Source: the human T2T-CHM13v2.0 reference genome, Homo sapiens. Taken from it: 64,000 bases of DNA. The translations under genes and the position numbers were made by a program. Shown in pieces: positions 14,205 to 28,160 of this stretch; positions within the stretch are counted from its first letter, which is position 1; the number at the start of each line of letters is the position of its first letter. Under the pieces are notes generated by a model that had not been told where the DNA came from, did not search any database, and saw nothing but the letters and a program-made list of their open reading frames with translations. The stretch lies in the NCBI RefSeq assembly GCF_009914755.1, contig NC_060926.1. The stretch is one strand, 5' to 3'.

Positions 14205-14305
14205 CCTATTCTGCAGATAAGGAAAATGAGGTTTAGAGAGATTAAGGCTGTTGCCTAAGGTCACAAAGCTAGATGTGACTGCACCAAGGTTTGAATGCCA
14301 GGATA
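14205..14305 (-). mobile_element. MIR fragment
   Basis: cagataaggaaaatgaggtttagagagattaagg...gcctaaggtcacaaagcta MIR core. Confidence 0.7.
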
Positions 14306-15586
14306 TTTCTGGTGTCAAATTCAAACGCATTTCTAGAATTTGGAGCCAATTTAGCAGGCACAGTGTAAGCTGTTGATGGTTTGCAATGCTTAGAAATGCC
14401 TCCATCTAGCACATAGACCTGCACAAGAAAGCCTTCTGCACACCAGCAATTATGATTTCAGATCCATGCTGCTTCAACTGCAGTAGCTAATTAGATCAAG
14501 ACAGGAATCATGACACAAACCATAGTTCAAACTAGCTAATTAGATGAAGATCAATATAAAATCTTCTTTAGACAAAGGTACAATTGGACATTTCTGGCAG
14601 GGATATCTGCATGTTGAGTCAATAAGATAAGGACAAAAAACACATGTTAAAGAGTGTGTGTGTGCCAGAATCCTTTCTCCGCTCTCTTTAATGAAGTGAG
14701 CAATACTATTTCCTGGGGAAATAGAAGTGAATTAAATAAACAGGGACAGCTTAGCGCTGGCTGCAAAGGATTGTGGCTCAGGGTTGGAAGATGCACGGAC
14801 TTGGTTACATATCCTTTGGAGCCTCAGTTTTCTCATATTTCAATGGGTCTGAAAACTACCAAGATGATTCATAAATCTTTTCTCGAGACTTGGAAGCTTA
14901 TGTCTGTTTTCACACACCGTGTATTTTTTTATTGTCACAGCAACTCTTGGATGTGAGTGCAATCATTGTTATATTCACTCACAGAACAAGAAAACTGAGG
15001 CTTTTAGGTGAACTTGCTCAACGCTTTCCAGCTAAAATGGGGAGACATAGCACAGATTGTTCTAACTCTCAATGCCCCTACATTTGCTGGTAGAGGTACG
15101 TCCTTAGGTCTACGGCACATTGACGAGTCTAGTGACAATACGGAATCCCACGTCCACTGTGACATTAACTCATCACTCAACCTTTTGTGAGTCTGGAGCC
15201 CTCATCTGCAAATCCAAAGTATTCGATTAGTAGTTTTTAAATTTTGAGTGTCTCAGATTGCTCTGAAATTCTAATGAAAGCCATGAAATATGCCCTGGGT
15301 GAAGGAAGCTCATTCACAAAACATTCTGTATGGTTTTCAGGCATTCACTGCTTTTTTGGTGCTCACCATGAGCTCCGTATGGTGCTACCCACCAGAGGCC
15401 CCCTAGACTAAGTCGAAGGCTGTTCTCATACTTCACATCTCAGGATCCTGTGCAGAATATTTCTCCTAAAGAGAAAGCTCTTATTATATTTCATTTGACA
15501 TTTTACCCTGAGGAAAACAGACTATTAAATAAAAATAAAAAATGCAAAAATAATGCACTTAAAACATGTACAAAAATGTATCATTG

Positions 15587-15899
15587 GGCTGAACATAATG
15601 GTTTGCTCCCGTAATGCCAGCATTTTGGGAGGATGAGGTATGAGAATAGCTGAAGGCCAGGAGTTTGAGACCAGCCTGAGCAACATAGTGAAACCCTGTC
15701 TCTGCCAAAAAAAACAAAAAAAAAGAGAGAGAGAAAAGTAATTAGCTGAGCATGGTGGTGTGCACTGGTAGTCCCAGCTACTCAGGGGGGTTAGGCAGGA
15801 GGATCACTTGAGCCCAGGAGTTCAAGGCTACAGTGAGCCATGATAGTGCCACTGTACTCCAGGCTGGGCTACAGAACAAGTTACTGTCAAAAAAAAAAA
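15587..15899 (+). mobile_element. AluJ
   Basis: Diverged dimer with J-type aggatcacttgagcccaggagttcaaggctacagtgagccatgat; expanded mid-A region. Confidence 0.9.
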
Positions 15900-16399
15900 C
15901 CTGTACAATTGATATTACTATATGCATAATTGAATAAAAGTCACACAATTCTTCAGGGTTTTTCTCTCAATCTGTAATTTCCAACCTAATCATAGAAACT
16001 AGTAGAATAAGACCTTGTGAAAGAACTTATAAAATCAGAAAACAGAGAAGGGAAATTGCAGATGGCTTTGTTTATCTTCCTTTCAATCCTCCTAAATAGT
16101 TTCCTTGATGAAAATGGACCCCAGACCAGAAAAGAAAACCTTCAACATGAGCGTAGCTGGAAAGTTTGTGTGAGCTCAGCTGTGGACCTTATTCTCTGAA
16201 GCCAACATGAACAGCAATGACAACCATCCTCATGAAAGGAGGACTTAGAAAGGAGAATTCATTTGTACTTCAGCTGTTCCATACACTTCCCAGTTAATGT
16301 TCCTCTCCTTGGGAGCAGGGGGAGGCTTATGTCAGGGGTTAGGAACATGAGATGTTAGTAAATTCCGGAGTAAAACCAAGCCAGAGCCTAGCTGACCAA

Positions 16400-16788
16400 T
16401 GCTATGGTTTGAATGCTTGTATCCCCTCCAAAGTTCCTATTGAAACTTAAACCCCAATGCAGTAGTATTAAGAGGTGGGGCCTTTAGGAGATGATTAGGT
16501 CACGAGGGCTCCTCTCTTGTCAATGGGATGAGGGCCTTTATATTAATAACAGAGGCTTTACATAGCATTCAGCCCTCCTCGGCCCTCTGCCTTCCACCAC
16601 GTGAAGACACAGCATTCGAGGCACCATCTTGGAAACAGAGAGACTGGGCTCTCACCTGACAAACAAACCAGCCAGCACCATGATCTTGGACTTCCCAGCT
16701 TCCAGGCCTGTGTGAAAGTAAGTTTCTGTTCCCTATAAATTATCCAGTCTCAGATATTTTGTTATAGCACCATAAATGGATTAAGGCA
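16400..16788 (+). mobile_element. MaLR solo LTR, MSTD-like
   Basis: tgctatggtttgaatg...ggcaccatcttggaaacagagagactgggctctcacc...ataaattatccagtctcagatattttgttatagca. Confidence 0.85.
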
Positions 16789-18799
16789 CTCAAGTGGAGC
16801 TTCAAACACTGGAAAGGTCAAATGCTGACAGAGACAGATCCAAGGGCCTGTCCAAGGGCAGGAGCTACAGAAATCAGAGTCCTAAATCAGACAGGGATGA
16901 CACAGGAGGCATAGCAAGGCAAAGACAAGAACAAGAGTCCCAGTGTGCTCTCTGCAGGTGGCCCCAGAAAGAGACCTGAAGCCTGTTCTGGAGAGAGTGG
17001 GGTGCCTTGTGAGAACAAGCGTGGGCTCTCTCAAAAATATTGAGCCATAGAGGTATACAATGTGAAGTGGGGGTGTCATGATCAGATTGCTTCATAAGAT
17101 CATCCTAGCATCATGTGTTGGATCTCATGTCATCTTTCTCAGCAACCTGATATGGAATATCTTGCAGATTTTTTGCAAGATTATGTTTTTAAACAAGATA
17201 GGTGAAAACCAGATGGTTTGCCTCCAAGCCCCTACTAACTAGACATCCCTGCATTTCCCCTTAACCCACAAAGATCCATGAGGCCCTGAGTGTTCTTACA
17301 AGGCAAATTCCACATCTGCTACTACAGATGAATTCTTATACAAAAAAAATTATACAGTGATTAGGCACATACAGCAGAATAAGACTATGAAACTAATATT
17401 TACTTGATTTATCTTTTAGCTTCTGATATATCTACCCTTCTAAAACTCACCCTTAAATGCAAGTCCTACAATATCTTTACCCATTTTTCTACTAATTTTT
17501 TTCTGACTAAATATAAACTTATCCTCCAGAGAGTTAATTCTAGCAGATCTTGACCTACAACCTAATAGGGAAGGAAAGTCTTAGACTGCGAAGAATGTTA
17601 AGATGAAAATAAATTATACCCAAAAAGATATCATCATACAGCATATTTCCCAAGGCATTCGTATGCTTCACACAAAGGTATGACTGAATGAGAGAGACTG
17701 CCCTCTCTTTGGCAGCTCTGGGGCACAGCTGCGGAGGAGAGGCGGAGTCCAGGGCCACCTGGGGGTCTCTTCTGCTACTGTCTCAAAACCATGAGTTTCC
17801 AGCCTCAAGCAGTGGGTCCAGCTTTCCATAATAAGAATGTTTCAACACAAATTTTAGTTTCTCTCAAATTCTCACATAAAAATCTAAACCTGTCTCTTTT
17901 GAGACAGACTGTCACCCACGGCCCCCTTTCCTTTCTATCATTTTTTTTTTTTACTCTGAGCTTAGGGTACACCTGAGATGACAAAGTCTGGGGCCACATC
18001 TGGGACTGGGAGAGGGTGTGTCTGCAAGGCAGCACTCTGGCGGCCCTGGGATCTCCCTCACCGCTTACCTCTTGGGCACGTCCTTTGCAGGACATTCAAA
18101 TTTCCTCTGCGTCTAACATGACTGCAAGAGCCTTCCGGAGCTGTGTTGTGATGGTGGGGGAGGAGAGGCCGGGGAGAGCAGGAATCCATCACAGGCCTGG
18201 CATGTGCTCCAGGGGCACAAGGCTGCTAGAGGCAGAGCTGGGATTAGGATGCAGTCACACCTCACACCGAAGCCCAGACCTTTCCCTTAGCCTCTGTGTC
18301 TCCCTGGGCAACAGCACCTGTACCGTCATTAGTCTTTGCTTTCTCAACCCAGAGCTGTTTGACTCACTGGGTTCACACCTCTATTCTGCTTGCAATTCAT
18401 GTAACGGTAAGTGGTGCTTTAACGAACACTAAATCATAATCACTAAATATATTAGGTTTTCTTCTTATTTATGGAGTTGAGATGTTTTCAACATTTATAC
18501 CAGAGAGTGTTGCTGCATGTTTATGAATGATCACTCACGTAGCTTAACCTAAATAGGAAAGAAAGCCAATTTGGATAATATAGAAATTTTTTTTTTAGGA
18601 TATAACTGTTAGTGACAGCTAACAAACACATAGTACAAGTTTTACGCTCACAAGTCTAATTGTTTCACTGACAAATATTCTCATGTTTTCATAAAAGCTC
18701 ATTGTGTTACTATGTGCTAGATAGACAACTGGTAAATGAATGTATTTTAGCAATCTTAATTTAATTCATATTAATTTATTTTAGAATCTAAGCTCCTCA

Positions 18800-18910
18800 C
18801 CCTGTGACATTAACATGCCGATTTCACAGATAGAAAAGCTGAGGCTCACTGAGTTTATGCAACTTACCAATATCACACAACTAGGGCATGAGAGCACCAG
18901 GATTCAAGCT
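18800..18910 (-). mobile_element. MIR fragment
   Basis: atttcacagatagaaaagctgaggctcactgag...aacttaccaatatcacacaacta...ggattcaa. Confidence 0.65.
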
Positions 18911-21900
18911 TTTCCAGCCAGACTGGTTCTATCAAGAGATGTTTAAAAGCAGTCTGAGAGAACCATTTTTCCTTAGTCTCTTCTGTACCCATCCTCTAAA
19001 CCTAATTATTAATTTGCAGTATCGTTAAGTCACAAATAAACTGTTTTATACTGAAGTCACCAATTAAGTTTGATTGTTTTATTGGTGACAGAGAGCTAAA
19101 GCCTTTCCTGTACCCCATCTGTCATAAAGCCCTTGCTTAAAACTGCTTGGTGGAGATGTCGCACTCCAATACAGAGATAAAAGGAAGATTGAAAATGCAT
19201 GATGTGAATGTGTCCTAGAGGCTAATCTCAGGCAGGGGGAGGGAGAGAAGCTCCGCTCGTCTGTGTTCTCAGCCATACATTATCCCGCTCATCTATTTAT
19301 CGTCAGGGGCTATCATTAGGAAGATTAAAAACCAGTGTCTACAAATAGCCCTGAAATTTTTGTCTTTCGTTAGTGACTTATTATTATTACTCAACACCTC
19401 CTTTTTTCCAGCAAAGACAATGATTTCTTAGTCTGCATCAGGATACAATCCATAGAGAATTCATCAGGGCTAAGAAAATATTAAACACTATTTCCAACAG
19501 CCGCCTCCTATTGTCAGGGGCCATCTTTGATAATAATGGCCTTAATTTATAGAAATATAAATAATACAACAGTGACACCAGAAATCTATGATCATATAAA
19601 TCTGTCTCAGATCAGTACAAATGAACATAGTTAAATGAAACTGAACTATAAATACTTCCATCCACCAGCTTCTGATGGAAAAAGTTTACCAAAAAAAAGG
19701 CAAGAACCACAATTGCAATAAAAATGGAAGCATCTTTAGTCAACAGAGGGCTTTCACCTTGAAATATGAGCCATTTTTGCATTTAATACTGCTGAAATCT
19801 TAAAATATATTGAATTTATTTTTTAAGAAAGAAAACAGATGTCAGGCATTGTATAGTCTCAGACAATCCCCATGCATGCTGGTGTATGCACCCTTTTTAA
19901 CCTAAGGAGCAGTAGCACCTTAGATTATATTTTGCCTTGCTCATGGGAATAAATGGATACATGATCTTATAAATAACATAGCACTATAGTGTCATTGACT
20001 TGGCTGGGTAATGTTATTTTTTCCATCTTAAAAATTACATACATTTGCTTTTAGAAATCAATGAAATCCGTTTTTAAGAACGTTCTCTTGCTTTAAGAAA
20101 AGTCATCTGCATTCAGCAGCTGAACAAGGACAACGTAGTAATTTTTTTCTCTTTTTTAGATTTCATTTTATTGATTACACTAGGAAAAAGCCTAAATTGC
20201 TTTATTCAGTAGAAGGGGGAACACATATATAGAATTTTAATGCAAGGAGATAAGCTGCATTGATCTTTCCAGATATTCATATCAAACATAGCTTATTAGA
20301 AACACCTTCAATCTAAACAAACAGGCTCAAGAAAAAAGAAAATATGCAGAAAGATTATTGTTATTATAGGAGCATGACATTTTCTTTTCATTATGGAATA
20401 TGTACTCATAAAATGAGCTGGAAGAGGAAGGCCCTTCCACAAAATTTTAAATGTTGCCTTTCATATTCGAAATGTTGAAATTTTTTATTTGACATCCATG
20501 ATCATAGAAGTACAGGATTTTTTTTATTGTTTTAATTTTATCAAGATGAAAGTTAAGTTTCCAGGAGCTAGAGGTGCTATTTATCCAGATATATCACAAC
20601 AGGTCATTTCATAATTAATCAGGTCATTATGGAGAATTATTTAGAGCTCTTCCATCCAAACCCATGTTTAATTTGTGATCGGAATACAATTTTATTAATA
20701 CTGTGTACAGTTGCAGAAGTTTTGCTGGGGAGCTTCAAATCTGTTTAAAGAATTGCAAATATATGAGGACCCCAAGTCATCATAAGCACTTCCTAGGTTG
20801 CTGCCAATTAAAGTCATGTGGGTTCGGTACCTTCCTAGAGTTGCTCATCCAAGATTTAAGTCAGGGCCATTGCTAGAAAGGGAGTCCCTTCTAGGCCCAC
20901 TCAGCCCTGGCCACCCAGGTATCCCCGCCCTGAACACTGCGGCTCAGAGCAACCGAGGGCATTCATCGATCCCTGCCCTTGCAGCTGGCAGGCAGAACCA
21001 AAGAACTGGCGCCCTTTGTCACCTTGTTTGCAGTGTGCTCCGATCACTGCAGGGGAATGTGAGTCCCACAGGCTCCTTTGCCTCTGTTGATTGCCACATG
21101 CATTTCCAATGCAGGGATTCTCCCCGAAGTGCCCTTTCCCCACATTCACTGCTCCTTAGCTCTCGCTCTGCTTCTGACTTTCACTGGGCACCTTCTCAGT
21201 TGCCCGGGGGAAGAGTGCTTCCTGCCGCACTCTGTCACCTTCCCATTGTTATAACAGATGCACAAAAAATGACTCCTCCTATGGCTGATGTGATATCCCA
21301 GAGAGAGCAACGCTCTGGAATTAAACCGCTGGGCCCCTAACCCCAGCCTCCAGACATCCTGACTATTGAACCTTAGTGATGGACCTCACTTCTCTGTCCC
21401 TGGGTTTCCTCATCTCTGAGATGCACCCAAGGCCTCTTGTGTGCCCTCAGGTCCCCACCCGCGGCCACTCTGCTTCCAGGCCAAGCCATGCCCTGGCTTC
21501 CAGCTGGATTAAATGGATGAGAGTAACAGAGGAGAGTGGCGTCTGAGGATTCGACTTTCTGGCTTCTTCCCTGTGAAGGTTCTTGGGCTCAATGTGTCCC
21601 TTCAAAGAAACTGTTCTCTCAAGGCCCCCTGCATCAAAGGACGTTCTCTTCTGAAAAACTGAGACAATCTGTCCTCTCCTCAGCCTTTCTGGGTGGTGGC
21701 AGCCCAGCTGCTTCTAGAACCTGGAACCTTCACCCCCTGAGCAGATCAGAGCTTAGCCCGTTGGTAAAGACTCACTCCTGATTGGAACCAGCCTTCCTTT
21801 CCTATTGGGACTCTGACTGTGAAGGACTGCCACACACTGTTTTTATGGTTTGTTCGTTTTTGTTTTGTGTGGATGTGAGTGTGTGAGTGAAATATACTAA

Positions 21901-22068
21901 GATAATGTATGCCAAGTCTGAGCATTCAAGACTAATATGAACTCGATATGGGTTTCAAAATGGCACAGGTCACTGGAGAGCCTGGCCCTCGAGTCCAGAG
22001 CTGGGAAGCTGTTGAAAGGCCCTGTTCTGCCTCAATCTGCTCACCTCCCCGTAGACTTCCAGAACGGA

Positions 22069-22591
22069 TGTGGTCAATAGAGTCATGCCTCTCCCACAGG
22101 TGCCCATGTCCTAATCCCCAGAAATTGTGAAGAGGTTGGTACACGGCAAAGCAAAATTCCGGTTGCAGATGGAATCAAGGATGCAGATCAGCTGATGTTA
22201 AAATAGGGAGATCGTTTTGGACTATCCAGGTGAGGCCATTGCAATCCCAAGGGCCCTTAAATGTGGAAGAGGGAGGCAGAGGGTGAGAGCAGAGGGAAAT
22301 GTGACTACCCAAGAAAGGCACAGAGAGCTGCAGCTTGATGGCCTTGGAGACAAACAAAGGGGCCCAGGAGCCGAGGAATACGGGCGGCTTCTAGCAGCTA
22401 GAAAAGGTGGGAAAGTGGATTTCTCCCCAGAGCCTCCAGAATGGGACACGGCTGTAGCAACTCTTTGATTTTAGCCCGGTGTGACCAGTGCCCTATTTCT
22501 ATGCTATAGAACTACTGAGATAATGCATCTGTGTTGCTTAAACTGCTAGGCTTCTAGTAATTCATTACAGCAGCAATAGTAAACTAATACA
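22069..22591 (+). mobile_element. MaLR solo LTR, MLT1D/E-like
   Basis: gttgcagatggaatcaagg...atcagctgatgttaaaatagggagat...ccttaaatgtggaagagggaggcaga...cagcagcaatagtaaactaataca. Confidence 0.85.
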
Positions 22592-23282
22592 GTATAGATA
22601 TGGAGGAAACTACCCATTCACACTTCATTCTCTGAAAAACTTTATTTCATCTGAACCTCTGACCATCTATGCTGAATTTGAGGCTCATACAAACTTGAGT
22701 TTGAGCCCCATAATTAGTAAGAAATTAGAATAAATATTAAAAAATAATAACACTTTTCCAACAAGTTCCTCTCCTCTTTCAAAGACTTTCAGAATATGGA
22801 CCTCACTTGAAAATTAAGAAATGCTGGAAGCAGCAAACTCTAATTCTCATATCTGCCTTTGGTAGATTTTCCCATCCAACAATAAAAGTACCGCCATGAG
22901 AGCCCTGGGAGGGCAGTTCCTCAGGCTAACGGGCCTCAAGCTTCCATTCAGGCTCTGCCCTCCACTCACCAATCCATGCACACTGTTCAGGAACTCACCT
23001 CTGTCCCAACTCTACGTTCCAGGTTCTGTACAGCCTCTCCTGCTCATGCTGCACAGCGTTCCGGGAAAGCTGGATGCATCGAGCATGTTTAATTTCGCTG
23101 ATACATCCATCTCTTTGGTCCCTTCATCACGATTTCTTTTGTAAGCCCCTCTGATCTGTCAACAGATTTATGTGGTATTGAGGGTCCCCTATCTGAAAGT
23201 TCTAGATGTGGCACTCCCACAGTGCAAAGGAAAGGCTGTACAGAAAACTCAACTTCTCTTCTTGGTGATGAAGTGACAGCTC

Positions 23283-24128
23283 TGTGTGTGTGAGCTGAGA
23301 GTAGGGGGGAGGGATTTGTGTGTGTGGTGTGTATGTGGTGTGTGTTTGTGGTATGTGTGGGTGTGGGTGTGTGGGATGTGTGTCTGTGGGGTGTGAAGGG
23401 GTATGTTTGTGTGCATGTGTGTGGTGTGTGTGGTATATATGGAGGTATGGTGCATGTGTGTTTGTGTGTGTGTGGTGTGTGTGTGCATGTGGGCGTGTGC
23501 TCTGTGTGTGGTGTGTGATATGTGTGGAGGTGCATGGTGTGTATGTGTGTATCTGTGTGTATTATGTGTTTGTGGAGGTGCATAGTGTTGGTGTGCTTGT
23601 GTGTGTGTTGTGTGTGGTGTGTGTGGAGTTGCATGGTGTGTGTTCACATGTATGTGTGGGTGTGATGGCTGTGCGGTTTATGAAGTGTGGGGGTGTATGG
23701 TGTATGTGTGCATGTATGTGTGGTGTGTGCAGTGTGTGGTGGTGTATAGCGTGAGTACACATGTATGTGCGGGTGTGATGTGTGTGGTGTGTGATATGTG
23801 AGGAGGTGCATGGTGTGTGTGTAGTGTGAGTGTGCTTAGGTATGCATGTGTGTGTACATGCATGTGTGTGATTGTGTGGTATGCACACATGTGTGACGGG
23901 TATGTGCATGTGTGTGGTGTGCATGTGTGTGGTTTGCATGTGTGTGGTGTGTGAAGGGTGAGGAGGTGTATAGTGTGAGTGTACATGTATGTGTGTGTGG
24001 ATGTGATGTGTGTGTGGTGTGTGATATGTGAGGAGGTGGTGTGCATGCATGTGTGATGTGTATGCACATCTGTGTGGTGTGCATGTATGTGTGTGTGCAT
24101 GCGTGGTGTGTGTGCGTGTGCATGCACA
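23283..24128 (+). repeat. Long cryptic (TG)n simple repeat (~850 bp)
   Basis: Interrupted TG dinucleotide tract with recurring gtgtgatatgtg(a/t)ggaggtg and gtgcatgtgtg units. Confidence 0.95.
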
Positions 24129-25131
24129 TACTCTATGGCTGCATTGTCTCCTAACGATCACCCAGCTCTGGAACTCTCTTGCCTTTATTCACTCACTCAT
24201 TCATTCCTCCAGGTATTTGAAAGCCAGTTGTGCCAGGCATGCTTCCCAGACACAAGAGTGAACAAGACAGTGCCCAAAAAGGACAGATAGAGAGCAGGGT
24301 CCAAGACCAAGCTGAGTAACCCCATCCTTCAGCAATGGGGCAATGGAGGAGAGGAGAGTAAGCTGGTGAGGGGAGAGAAGCTGCTAGAGAAAGAAAGAAA
24401 AGGACAAAAGGGAAAGCCCGGACATTATAAGACAGTAGGTCCTGGGGAGCAAAAACATGACATAATCAAAGTTACATAGCTAGATGTTGAAAGATCCAGG
24501 GCCCTTGCATTCAGACTTAGAGGTTTGTTCACTATACCATTGACGATATTCAGATTTGGGGTCTTTCTTACCTGAAGCTCCTTTCAGGATCTCCTTTTAA
24601 AAGGATTTGATTCTGCAGACTGAATAGCCCTGTTAGATTATTTCAATGTCTGTGAAGCGGTCTTGCTTATCTATTAAAAAAAATCTAATCATTCTAATCT
24701 TGCTGTTATAGTAGAGGCCAGGTGTTCACAGACATAATGTTCATGTTTGACTCACCCTGGACCCCTGCTGGGGCACTGTATCTAAACTGTGGGGCAACCC
24801 ATAAAGGCCATGGCCAATCTGGTTGTAGATTTGCAAGATGTTCTTATCCTAGTGATACCCAAGAGCTGTTTGAGGGACAGGTAACGTGAACCTTCACACT
24901 TTTCTTAAAGGTGGACATATTTGTCCACCACATCAATAGTTTCCAATCTCCTTCCCTTGCACAATATTTCCTAATATTCCCCCAATTTCAGGATCCTCCT
25001 TACCCCAATCATGATTGCAACAGAAGAGACTCAGCAACTTGTTCCCCATGTAGAAAGATTAGTTATCTGAAGTCCTCTCTATATTCTGCTTGTCAGCATT
25101 TGTGTTCTTGGAGCTTAGCATCCATCCATAA

Positions 25132-25237
25132 GCACGGTAGGCTCTTAGCTTTTCTAGATATCTAAATGTAGGTGCTAGACACTTAGATATCTAGCACCTA
25201 CACTTAGATGTCTAGAAAAGCTAAGAGTCTACTGTGC
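25132..25237. repeat. Near-perfect inverted repeat (48-bp arms, 10-nt loop)
   Basis: 25132-25179 versus reverse complement of 25190-25237: 44/48 identical. Confidence 0.92.
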
Positions 25238-25453
25238 CACACATAGCAGGTGTGGCAAAAATCCCTTCTTTGGCTCTCAGTAGCATTGTAGGTACGGCAC
25301 CTACATAAACAAGTGAAGGAAGGAAAAACATGTCTCAAGACTACAATGGTTGCAAATAATCACCAGGTTGCCTAACCTCATAGATATTGAAGGACAGAGG
25401 ACTTTAAAGTCTCATGAACAATGCTTAAGCAACAAGAAGAAGGAAGACAAGAC

Positions 25454-26078
25454 TGATGGTTAATATTGAGTATCAACTTAATTGGACTGAAGGATGCAAA
25501 GTATTGTTCCTGGGTGTGTCTGTGAGGGTGCTGCCAAAGGAGATTAACATTTGAGTCCATGGACTGGGGGACCACCATGGGACCTTCAGTCCCGGTGGGC
25601 ACAATCTAATTAGCGGCCAGCACAACTAGGATAAAAGCAGGCAGAGGAACGAGGAAGGACTAGACTAGCTAAGTTTTCTGGCCTGATCTTTCTCCCATGC
25701 TGGATGTTTCCTGCCCTCAAACATCTGACTCCAAGTTCTTCAGTTTTTGGACTCTGGGACTTCCACCAGTGGTTTGCCAGGGGCTCTCGGGCTGTTGGCA
25801 ACAGACTCTCCCAGCTGAAGTGACAACTGTCCCAGCTGAAGAAGATGCCTTTCCCCAGGAGCATGGCCACAAGGAGACAGTGTCCAAGGCTGCACTGTCA
25901 GTCTCCTTACTTTTGAGATTTTGGGACTCGGACTGGCTTCCTGGCTCCTCAGATTGCAGACATCCTATTGTGGGACTTCACTTTGTGATCAGGTGAGTCA
26001 ACACTCATTAAAAAACTCCCCTTTATATACACATGCATCCCATTAGCTCTGTCCCTCTAGAGAACCCTGACTAATACA
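25454..26078 (+). mobile_element. ERVL solo LTR, MLT2A-like, carrying a non-consensus insertion at ~25808-25885
   Basis: tgatggttaatattgagtatcaactt...ctgggtgtgtctgtgagggtg...ctgtccctctagagaaccctgactaataca. Confidence 0.9.
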
Positions 26079-27065
26079 GACGACAAAGAAAAAAGATTTT
26101 TAATTCTCCAACGCTCACTAAATATTTTCCTTTTTATAGCTTCCTAGTATATGCCATGGACTAATTTGGAATCTTGCTGAGGTCCAGATAGGTGTGTCAT
26201 TGACTGCAAGGCTCTTGCGAAGCAATGGTTTAAGTTACAGTGTATTCATGAGAGAAGAGGGAGACTCCACAGACAGGAGTCAGAGGAGACCTGCGAAGGG
26301 CCCGATGACATGCCTCCCTCGATTCCCAAACCCAAAAGCTGTAGGTGACTTCATTAAAGAAGCCAGCTGCAAATGCTCTTATAGATGCTCTTGGGTGAGA
26401 GGACACGCTGTCCCTAAGTGTGCATTTGTAGTTGCTCTTGTCGTGTTGTTTCTAATTGAGGTAGAACTTGTATACAACACATGGACAGATACGAGGCAGA
26501 GTTTCATCATTTTGACAAACACACAACCTTGCAAGAATCCTGAACACTTTCATGAATGATTGTAAGTGTAACAAATATGAGGGGATAAATAGATTTAAAC
26601 AGAAATGCAATTCAGATGGCACTTTTCAAAAGCATATAATTTACATCATCCAAGGTGAAAATGCTCAATTTTAAATTTGGCATAGCAATACTCAGCAGTA
26701 GACACTCAGTGCTTTTGGAAAAAAAAAAAAAAAAACTAAACTAACAAAAGGGAAGTAAATTCTTCAGTTTACTCTGCTCCTGAGCTGAGGTTTGACTCCA
26801 ATGTGGTGGCGGCTACAATAATGGAGTGGTGAGGTGCACCTCTCACCCTCCTCCAGTTTATAGTTCACTTACAGGTGGGGCAGTGGCTGAGCCAAGGCGG
26901 GACTTAGTATTCTAGGGGCACCCTGACATAATACCAATTGAAAAAGCTTGGATCTTACAACAGCTTTTTACTGTGTGCATTTATAAAATCCTTAAGTGAA
27001 TGACTTAATATACTGTGTTTTTTTTGTACTACACTCTCTTTGCTGTCTTTAAAAATCCTACATTA

Positions 27066-27397
<332 letters not shown>

Positions 27398-27639
27398 CTA
27401 AGTAGATGGATTTGAATTGGGTGGTGAGTGCTGGTGATATTTGCAGACAATATTCTGATATCCACCATGAGAAAAAAGGAAGAGAAGGGAAGAAAGCGTA
27501 TGGGAAAATTTGCTATTGATTTCTTCTAGAGGTTTCTAGAAATGTCCACAATGTACTTAGAGTTGATGATTTTAAATAGTGTCATAAACATGATATGCAC
27601 AACAATTAGTGATACTGTAACATGGTGTATTATCCTGAA

Positions 27640-28160
27640 TTATTTCAGTAGCAAGTGCCCAGCACAACCCAAACTAGCTGAAGCCAAAAAGAGAATTTAT
27701 TCACTCACACTAAGTGGGAAGTTAAAAGTTGGTGCTGACTTCTAGAGTCGAGGGACACAAATGACCCAGTCAACATTTTCTCTGTATCTCTCAGCATCCA
27801 CTCTTTCAATGGGCTGATACCATTTTCTGATAATATGGACAGCTTTCTTTCTTGCAGCAGGGAAGGGTGATGCATGACCACAAAAAGATCCGGTTTTCAT
27901 CATCTCGGCCTGGTGAATCTAGAAAAAGAGATGGTCTTCCTCCCAGAGTCCACAGTCCTCCCAGAGCATAGTCCCCTGGGGCCTATGCTTGCCGCTGTGT
28001 TAACCACTCCAGCCAGGAAGACAGAAAACAAGGAACGGCCAATCTTGGACCACACTATGGAGTGGAAGAGGCGTCGCTCCATAGGAAAAAAGTGCTGCAT
28101 CCAGAAGAGGATGGGAAGGGATGCCAGGCAGTGGAAAATACCAGATGTGCACTTTAGACA
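27640..28160 (-). mobile_element. Old MaLR LTR (MLT1J/K-like)
   Basis: gtagcaagtg...aacccaaactagctgaagccaaaaagagaatttattcactcac resembles the antisense end of old MLT1 LTRs. Confidence 0.5.

Noticed and set aside
20798-21340. 180-aa ORF (and 164-177-aa ORFs at 31.5-32.1 kb)
   Set aside because: Non-ATG or weak starts in GC-rich DNA, overlapping ORFs on both strands, no recognisable homology
23089-24290. Many overlapping long His/Thr- or Cys/Val-rich ORFs (also 32.5-33.6 kb and 45.3-45.9 kb)
   Set aside because: Artefacts of stop-poor (TG)n/(CA)n repeats, open in most frames at once
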